Virus record (IMG/VR): IMGVR_UViG_3300049828_000132
Location: 1-40,979 of that record
DNA: 40,979 bases
DNA from: a virus
Lineage: Duplodnaviria; Caudoviricetes
Direction: 5' to 3' (one strand)
Of the stretch, positions 35,393 through 40,979 are shown one piece after another (the first letter of the stretch is position 1; the number at the start of each line of letters is the position of its first letter). A model generated the notes under the pieces. That model was not told the origin of the DNA. It did no database searches and saw only the letters and a list, made by a program, of their open reading frames with translations. Made by a program: the position numbers and the translations under genes.

Positions 35393-36061
35393 ATGGCGTC
35401 CGAAGTCGACATCTGTAACCTGGCCCTGGGCCATCTTGGCGACAACGCCACCGTCGCCAGCCTTGAACCACCCGAGGGTAGTGCCCAGGCCGAGCACTGT
35501 GCGCGGTTCTACCCCATCGCACGCGATGCGCTGCTGGAGCTGCACGACTGGAACTTCGCCACCAAGCGCGCCCAGGTCGCCCAGATTGACAGCCCCTGGC
35601 CTCAGTGGAAATACGCCTACGTGCAGCCGGCCGACTGCCTGCGCGTGCTGGCCGTGCTCAACCCCGAGGTGACCAACGACTTTAGCGAGTCGCTGCCGGC
35701 CCCGTACTCGCAGTCGGGCATCGCCAACACCGGCATGGGCTCATATACCCCGCAGCAGTTCGTGTGCGAAACCGACGACGAGGGTCGCGAGGTCATCCTG
35801 ACAAACCAGGAGGACGCGCTGATCCGCTACGTCGCGTTTGTCAGCGACACAACCAAGTTCTCGCCCCTGTTTATCACGACCCTGACCTGGCACCTGGCCG
35901 CGCTGCTGGCCGGCCCCGTCATTAAGGGTGACGCCGGTCGCGCCGAGGGCAAGCGCTGCGAGGCGATGGCCTCGACCTGGTTGGGTAAGGCCACCCTGTC
36001 GGACACCCGTCAGCGCAAGGTCGACGTCACGCACGCCGTGTCGTGGATGGCTGGCCGCTGA
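35393..36061 (+). CDS. Head-to-tail adaptor (tail tubular protein A-like)
   Basis: MASEVDICNLAL..LG, HDWNFA.KR, YAY..PADCLR. Confidence 0.88.
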   Translation: MASEVDICNLALGHLGDNATVASLEPPEGSAQAEHCARFYPIARDALLELHDWNFATKRAQVAQIDSPWPQWKYAYVQPADCLRVLAVLNPEVTNDFSESLPAPYSQSGIANTGMGSYTPQQFVCETDDEGREVILTNQEDALIRYVAFVSDTTKFSPLFITTLTWHLAALLAGPVIKGDAGRAEGKRCEAMASTWLGKATLSDTRQRKVDVTHAVSWMAGR

Positions 36062-36071
36062 AAGGACCGAC

Positions 36072-38126
36072 ATGGCAAACGTGCGCACCTTTTCCCGATC
36101 CTTCGCCGGTGGCGAGGTCACGCCCGAGTTCTACGGGCGCATCGACGACTCCAAGTACCAGACCGGCCTGGCCAAGTGCCTGAACTTCATCACGCTGCCC
36201 CACGGTCCGGCGGCAAACCGCCCAGGCTTCGGGTTTGTGCGTGCGGTTAAGGACTCGGCCCGCAAGACCCGCCTGATTCCGTTCTCCTACTCGACCACCC
36301 AGACGATGGTGCTGGAGTTCGGCCACCAGTACGTGCGATTCCACACCAACGGCGCGACGCTTGAATCGAGCCCTGGCGTGCCCTACGAGGTGACGACGCC
36401 CTTCGTCGAGGCTGACCTGTTCGACATTCACTACGTGCAGTCGGCCGATGTGCTCACGCTCACGCACCCGAACTACATCCCCCGCGAGCTGCGCCGCATG
36501 GGTGCCCTGAGCTGGGCCCTGAGCACGATCACCTTCGCCTCGAAGCTGTCGCCGCCCACCAGCGTGACGGCCACGCCCACCGCCGGCTCTACACCCGGCA
36601 CGCCCACGACCCAGACCTACGTGGTGAGCTCGGTTGGACCCAACGGCCTGGACGAGTCGACCTACTCGGCGGTGGCCACCTGCTCGAACAACCTGTTCGA
36701 CGACGGTGCCAAGAACACCGTCGCATGGGCCGCTGCCACGGGCGCGACCCGGTATTACGTTTACAAGCTGAGTAATGGCCTGTACGGCTACATTGGCCAG
36801 ACCCAGGGCATTTCGTTCGTGGACGACAACATCGCCGCCGACGTGTCGGTCACCCCGCCCGAGATCAATGACCCGTTCCTGGGCACCGGCAACTACCCGG
36901 CGGCGGTGTCTTACTTCGAGCAGCGCCGTGCGTTCGGTGGCACGCTCAACGCCCCGCAGACCCTGTGGATGACGCGCTCGGGCACCGAGTCCAATCTGAA
37001 CTACTCGATTCCCACCCGCGACGACGACTCGATCCAGTTCCGGGTGTCGGCCCGCGAGGCGAACACGATCCGCCACATCGTCCCGTTGCAGGAGCTGGTG
37101 CTTCTGACCAGCTCGGCCGAGTGGCGCGTGACCTCGATCAACACCGACGCGATCACCCCGACGTCGTTCTCGGTCAAGCCGCAAAGCTACATCGGTGCCA
37201 ACAACGTGCAGCCGGTGATCGTGAACAACAACCTGATCTTCGCGGCGGCCCGTGGTGGCCACGTGCGTGAGCTGGGTTACTCGGCCCAGGCCGGCGGCTA
37301 CATGACCGGCGACTTGTCGGTGCGCGCCCCGCACCTGTTCGACAACTTGGAAATCACCGACATGGCGTTTGCCAAAGCGCCCCAGCAAATCATCTGGATG
37401 GTGTCCACCGCCGGCAAGCTGCTGGGCATCACCTACGTGCCCGAGCACAACGTGGGGGCCTGGCACCAGCACGACACCGACGGCACGTTCGAGTCCTGCT
37501 GCGTCGTGTCCGAAGGTAACGAGGATCACCTGTACGTGGTGGTCAAGCGCACCATCGGGGGCGTGACCAAGCGCTACGTCGAGCGCATGGCCAGCCGCCA
37601 GTTCGTGGACCCGGCCGATGCGTTCTTCGTGGACTCGGGCTTGACCTATGACGGCACGCCCGTTGACGAGATCAGCGGCCTGGGCCACCTCGAAGGCAAG
37701 ACCGTGAACATCCTGGCCGACGGTGCGGTGCACCCGCAGCGCGTCGTGACCGGTGGCTCGATCACCCTGGACGTCGAGGCGTCCGTGATTCACGTCGGCC
37801 TGCCGATCATCGCCGACATGCAGACCCTACCGCTGGCCTTCGAGACTGAAGCCTACGGCCAGGGGCGCGTGAAGAACGTCAACCAGGTCTGGCTGCGCGT
37901 GTTCCGCAGCTCCGGCATCTTCGTGGGCCCAACGCCCGACGATCTGGTCGAGGCCAAGCAGCGCACGACCGAGCCGTATGGCGCAGCCCCCGAGCTCAAG
38001 TCCGAGGAGATCAACGTGATGGTGACGCCCACCTGGGCCGACTCGGGCAGCGTCTACGTGCGTCAGTCCGATCCGTTGCCGCTCACCATCGTGGCGATGA
38101 CCCTTGAGGTCGCCATCGGGTCGTGA
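36072..38126 (+). CDS. Tail nozzle (tail tubular protein B-like)
   Basis: SFAGGEVTP...GR.D, RLIPF, QSADV, YP..V.YFEQR, AWHQHDT. Confidence 0.9.
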   Translation: MANVRTFSRSFAGGEVTPEFYGRIDDSKYQTGLAKCLNFITLPHGPAANRPGFGFVRAVKDSARKTRLIPFSYSTTQTMVLEFGHQYVRFHTNGATLESSPGVPYEVTTPFVEADLFDIHYVQSADVLTLTHPNYIPRELRRMGALSWALSTITFASKLSPPTSVTATPTAGSTPGTPTTQTYVVSSVGPNGLDESTYSAVATCSNNLFDDGAKNTVAWAAATGATRYYVYKLSNGLYGYIGQTQGISFVDDNIAADVSVTPPEINDPFLGTGNYPAAVSYFEQRRAFGGTLNAPQTLWMTRSGTESNLNYSIPTRDDDSIQFRVSAREANTIRHIVPLQELVLLTSSAEWRVTSINTDAITPTSFSVKPQSYIGANNVQPVIVNNNLIFAAARGGHVRELGYSAQAGGYMTGDLSVRAPHLFDNLEITDMAFAKAPQQIIWMVSTAGKLLGITYVPEHNVGAWHQHDTDGTFESCCVVSEGNEDHLYVVVKRTIGGVTKRYVERMASRQFVDPADAFFVDSGLTYDGTPVDEISGLGHLEGKTVNILADGAVHPQRVVTGGSITLDVEASVIHVGLPIIADMQTLPLAFETEAYGQGRVKNVNQVWLRVFRSSGIFVGPTPDDLVEAKQRTTEPYGAAPELKSEEINVMVTPTWADSGSVYVRQSDPLPLTIVAMTLEVAIGS

Positions 38127-38136
38127 CCCGGCGCGA

Positions 38137-38169
38137 GGTGCGCGTATTGCACGCGCTCTCGCTTAACTT
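38137..38169 (+). promoter_or_regulatory. Putative late promoter GGTGCGCGTA-N17-TAACTT upstream of the ejection-protein operon
   Basis: Intergenic motif copy with 17-nt spacing. Confidence 0.72.
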
Positions 38170-38193
38170 CACCCAATCGTAAAAGGGGCATAA

Positions 38194-38796
38194 ATGGCTG
38201 TTTCTTCCGTAGTGATGATGGGCGCGGGCATGGCCAGTTCGGCCATCGGCGCGTATTCGTCCGCGCAAGGCCAGAAGTCCCAGATGCAATACCAGGCTGC
38301 GATGGGCACGCTCAACGCGGCGATGGCCGAGTCCGACGCCTCGCTGTTGGAGCTCAACGCGAGCATCAGCGAAACGCAAGGCCGCATGGCCATCGCGCAA
38401 GGCCAGCGCGAGGAACAAAAGCTGCGCCTGGGTTCGGCCCAGCTCAAGAGCCGCCAGCGCACCAGCATCGCCGCCAATGGCGTCGACCTGGGTGTCGGCT
38501 CGGCGGCGCGTGTGCTGGCCAGCACTGACTACATGACCGAGGTCGACGCCGGTGAAGTCCGCGCAAACGCGGCCCGCGCCGCCTTCGGCTACAAGGTCCA
38601 AGGCGTCAACCAAAAAGCCGCCGCGATGAGCGCTCGCACTCAGGGCGTCAACTATTCCGCAGGCTCGGCCTTCGCAGCCGCCACCGCATCGGGCATTTCG
38701 CCGCTGTCGGCTGCCGCCGGCTCGCTGCTGGGAAATGCGGGCTCTGCTGCACCGTCCGTCTACAAGACCGGGCAGGGCGCTGGCTGGTGGAAATGA
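38194..38796 (+). CDS. Internal virion (ejection) protein 1, T7 gp14-like position
   Basis: Gly/Ala/Ser-rich ends, QR...AANGVDL..GSA motif; first gene after the nozzle. Confidence 0.8.
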   Translation: MAVSSVVMMGAGMASSAIGAYSSAQGQKSQMQYQAAMGTLNAAMAESDASLLELNASISETQGRMAIAQGQREEQKLRLGSAQLKSRQRTSIAANGVDLGVGSAARVLASTDYMTEVDAGEVRANAARAAFGYKVQGVNQKAAAMSARTQGVNYSAGSAFAAATASGISPLSAAAGSLLGNAGSAAPSVYKTGQGAGWWK

Positions 38797-38811
38797 TGAA
38801 AGCACACTGAC

Positions 38812-40494
38812 ATGCCACGCGTTCCAACTTACGACACGTTCCAGGTCGCCCCGACGAACCTGCCCAACGTCCAAGTGCGCCCCGTCGGCGCGCGATTCGA
38901 TGCACCCTTTAGCGAAGGCCAGGCCACGATGGCGGGCCGTCAGCTCCAACAAGTCGGCCAGGGCCTCACGCAAGCGGGCAGCGCACTGTCCAGGATCGTC
39001 GCCGACGAGATGGAGCAGGCAAACCAGGTGCGCGTCAACGACGCGATGAACCAAGCCGCCAAGGCCCGCCTGGAGCTGACCTTCAACCCCGAAAACGGCT
39101 TCGTGAACTTGCGGGGCGAGAACGCCCTGAAGCGCCCCGGCGACAAGTCGCTCGACCAGGAGTACGGCGAGAAGCTGCAATCGCAGTTCGACGCCATCGC
39201 CAAGAACCTGGGCAACGACGCCCAGCGTCTGAAGTTCAAGCAGCAGGCCGACCAGATCGGTCTGCAATTCCAGGCGAGCATCAACCAACACATCGCCAAG
39301 GAATACAACGTCTACCAGGATTCGGTGGACGACGGCACGATCCGCACCGGCCAGGAGCAAATGGCCCTGGCATGGGGCGACTCGGCTGCGATCAAGCAGG
39401 CGCAGGACGCCGTGCGCGCTGCTGCTGTCAACAAGGGCACCCGCTTCGGTTTGTCGGGCAAGGCCATCGAGGCCGCCCAGGTCGAGGCGCTGTCGCCCGG
39501 TCATTCCGCCGTGATCGCCGCTGCGGTCGACGCCGGCAATCTGGACTACGCCCGCGAGTACCTGAAGCAGGCCAACGCCGAGCTGACCCCGCAGGCGCGC
39601 TTGCAACTGACCAAGGCCGTCGATGTCGGCGACTTCGAGAAGCGCACGCAGGACGCCGCCGGCGATCTGTGGACCAAGCACGGCGGCGACGTCAAGGCCG
39701 CGCTCGCCGAGGCCCGCGAGAAGTTCTCGGGCAAGGACGAGGACGGCATCGTCACGCGCTTGAAAACCCTGGACGGCGAGAAGGAAGCCATTACCAAGCG
39801 CCAGCAGGCGCAGGCCCAGGACCAAGCCTGGGACATCTTCAACAAGACCGGATCGCTGGCCAAGATTCCCGCGACCATTCAGGCCGCGATGGACCCGCAG
39901 CATTGGGCTGCGCTCAAGAACACCGCCAAGGCCGCAGCCGAGGGCAACCAGGTCAAGACCGACCCGAACATCTATTACGCGCTGACGCTGGCATCCGCCC
40001 AGGACCCGAACTTCGGGAAAGAGGACTTGCGCAAGTACGCCGACAAGCTCTCGCCGACCGACTTCAAGCACTTCGTCGATGTGCAGGGCCGGGCCGTCAA
40101 GGGTGGCGAAACGGATCAGATCGCGACCGTCACCCAGCAAAAGGACGCCATCGTCAAGGCGCTGGAGCTCAAGGGCCCCGACGCCGGTGTGTTCCACCAG
40201 GTCGCCGACAAGGCCCTGTTCGCAGCCCAAGCCGAGAACGGCAAGCCGCTGACCCAGGAGCAGCGCCAGAAGGTTCTCGACCGCCTGGTGCTGGAGGGTA
40301 CGACCCCCGGCTCGTGGTTCGGCTCATCCAACACGCGCGCCTTCAAGGCGCAGGCCGAGGGTAAGCCTTTCACGCCGGTGTTCAACGACTCGCAAAAGCG
40401 CCAAGCCACCGCAGCCCTGCAACGCCAGGGCATCAAGAACCCCACGCCGCAGCAGGTCGAGGCCGTGCTGCGCGCCACCTACCAAACGCAATGA
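38812..40494 (+). CDS. Internal virion (ejection) protein 2
   Basis: MPRVPTYD N-terminus, 560-aa helical Ala/Gln-rich protein; no lytic transglycosylase motif recognised. Confidence 0.8.
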   Translation: MPRVPTYDTFQVAPTNLPNVQVRPVGARFDAPFSEGQATMAGRQLQQVGQGLTQAGSALSRIVADEMEQANQVRVNDAMNQAAKARLELTFNPENGFVNLRGENALKRPGDKSLDQEYGEKLQSQFDAIAKNLGNDAQRLKFKQQADQIGLQFQASINQHIAKEYNVYQDSVDDGTIRTGQEQMALAWGDSAAIKQAQDAVRAAAVNKGTRFGLSGKAIEAAQVEALSPGHSAVIAAAVDAGNLDYAREYLKQANAELTPQARLQLTKAVDVGDFEKRTQDAAGDLWTKHGGDVKAALAEAREKFSGKDEDGIVTRLKTLDGEKEAITKRQQAQAQDQAWDIFNKTGSLAKIPATIQAAMDPQHWAALKNTAKAAAEGNQVKTDPNIYYALTLASAQDPNFGKEDLRKYADKLSPTDFKHFVDVQGRAVKGGETDQIATVTQQKDAIVKALELKGPDAGVFHQVADKALFAAQAENGKPLTQEQRQKVLDRLVLEGTTPGSWFGSSNTRAFKAQAEGKPFTPVFNDSQKRQATAALQRQGIKNPTPQQVEAVLRATYQTQ

Positions 40495-40979
40495 GACTTC
40501 CCGACGACTTCGACGCCGCAGCGGCCAAGGTGGCAGGCCAGCAATCTGCCGACCCGATTGACGCCGCAGCGCGTCAAGTCATCGACGGCCAGCGCACCCA
40601 GGCCAAGGCGAGCCTGTACAACGCGCTGCTGCAAAACCCGGACATGGCCGCACGCGCCCAGCAGCTCGGTCGTCAGACCGGCCTGCCGTCCGACGTCGTG
40701 CAGCGCAACATGCCCGAGGTCGAGCGCAATGTGCGCCTTAACGAGTTCGACCGGCTGCTGGAGAATTCCCCGACCGTCGCGCAGTGGCTCACCGACCAGA
40801 ACAACGCTGCCGTCGGTCACGATGACGTCGAGAACATGGGTGCCATCGAGTCGGCGCTGCGTTACGTGGTCAGCACCCCCGGCGCGCCCCGTGGCGGCCT
40901 GATGGCCGATGCCGGCGTCGCTGGTATGGCCGGCGTGTCCGGTCTGCAACGCGCAAGCGCTGGCGTCGTGGGTGCCGTG
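40491..40979 (+). CDS. N-terminal part of the giant ejection protein (continues at position 36; GTG 40866 = 36)
   Basis: ATGA overlap with the upstream stop; open frame MRLPDDFDAAAAK...GHDDVENMGAIESALRYVVSTPG through to the contig end. Confidence 0.9.
   Translation, partial: MRLPDDFDAAAAKVAGQQSADPIDAAARQVIDGQRTQAKASLYNALLQNPDMAARAQQLGRQTGLPSDVVQRNMPEVERNVRLNEFDRLLENSPTVAQWLTDQNNAAVGHDDVENMGAIESALRYVVSTPGAPRGGLMADAGVAGMAGVSGLQRASAGVVGAV

Noticed and set aside
40854-40979. 126-nt terminal repeat as a biological DTR
   Set aside because: It falls inside a coding sequence and its length fits an assembler overlap.

Overview
A probably complete, circularly permuted temperate podophage genome, GC-rich, with an inferred proteobacterial host. 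The unit length is about 40,830 bp, because positions 24-149 repeat at 40854-40979. The virion module has BPP-1/BcepC6B-like organisation on the + strand: TerS, TerL, hydroxylase-GNAT fusion, Gln-rich protein, portal, scaffold, major capsid, cement, adaptor, nozzle, three internal (ejection) proteins, tail fibre and lysis genes. The last ejection protein is ~2441 aa and is split by the contig ends. The - strand arm carries integrase/excisionase, SNF2 helicase, VRR-NUC, a family-B-type DNA polymerase, DUF2815-type SSB and DUF2800-type exonuclease. A CI/Cro-like switch precedes a C5 methyltransferase with a nested alternative-frame ORF and a primase-helicase followed by iteron-like repeats. Most notable: (1) a 2OG-Fe(II) hydroxylase-GNAT fusion next to a hendecad Gln-rich pilot-like protein whose MAVSxVV N-terminus is shared with another ejection protein; (2) two tandem ADP-ribosyltransferase-like domains plus an HExxH motif in the giant ejection protein; (3) five copies of a GGTGCGCGTA-N17-(T/G)AnnnT late-promoter motif; (4) a 48-aa mini-protein ending in a ribonucleotide-reductase-like CEACQ tail; (5) a repressor with a PD-(D/E)XK-like C-terminus; (6) a highly structured non-coding region upstream of the polymerase. 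All family calls come from motif recognition by eye, not database searches.
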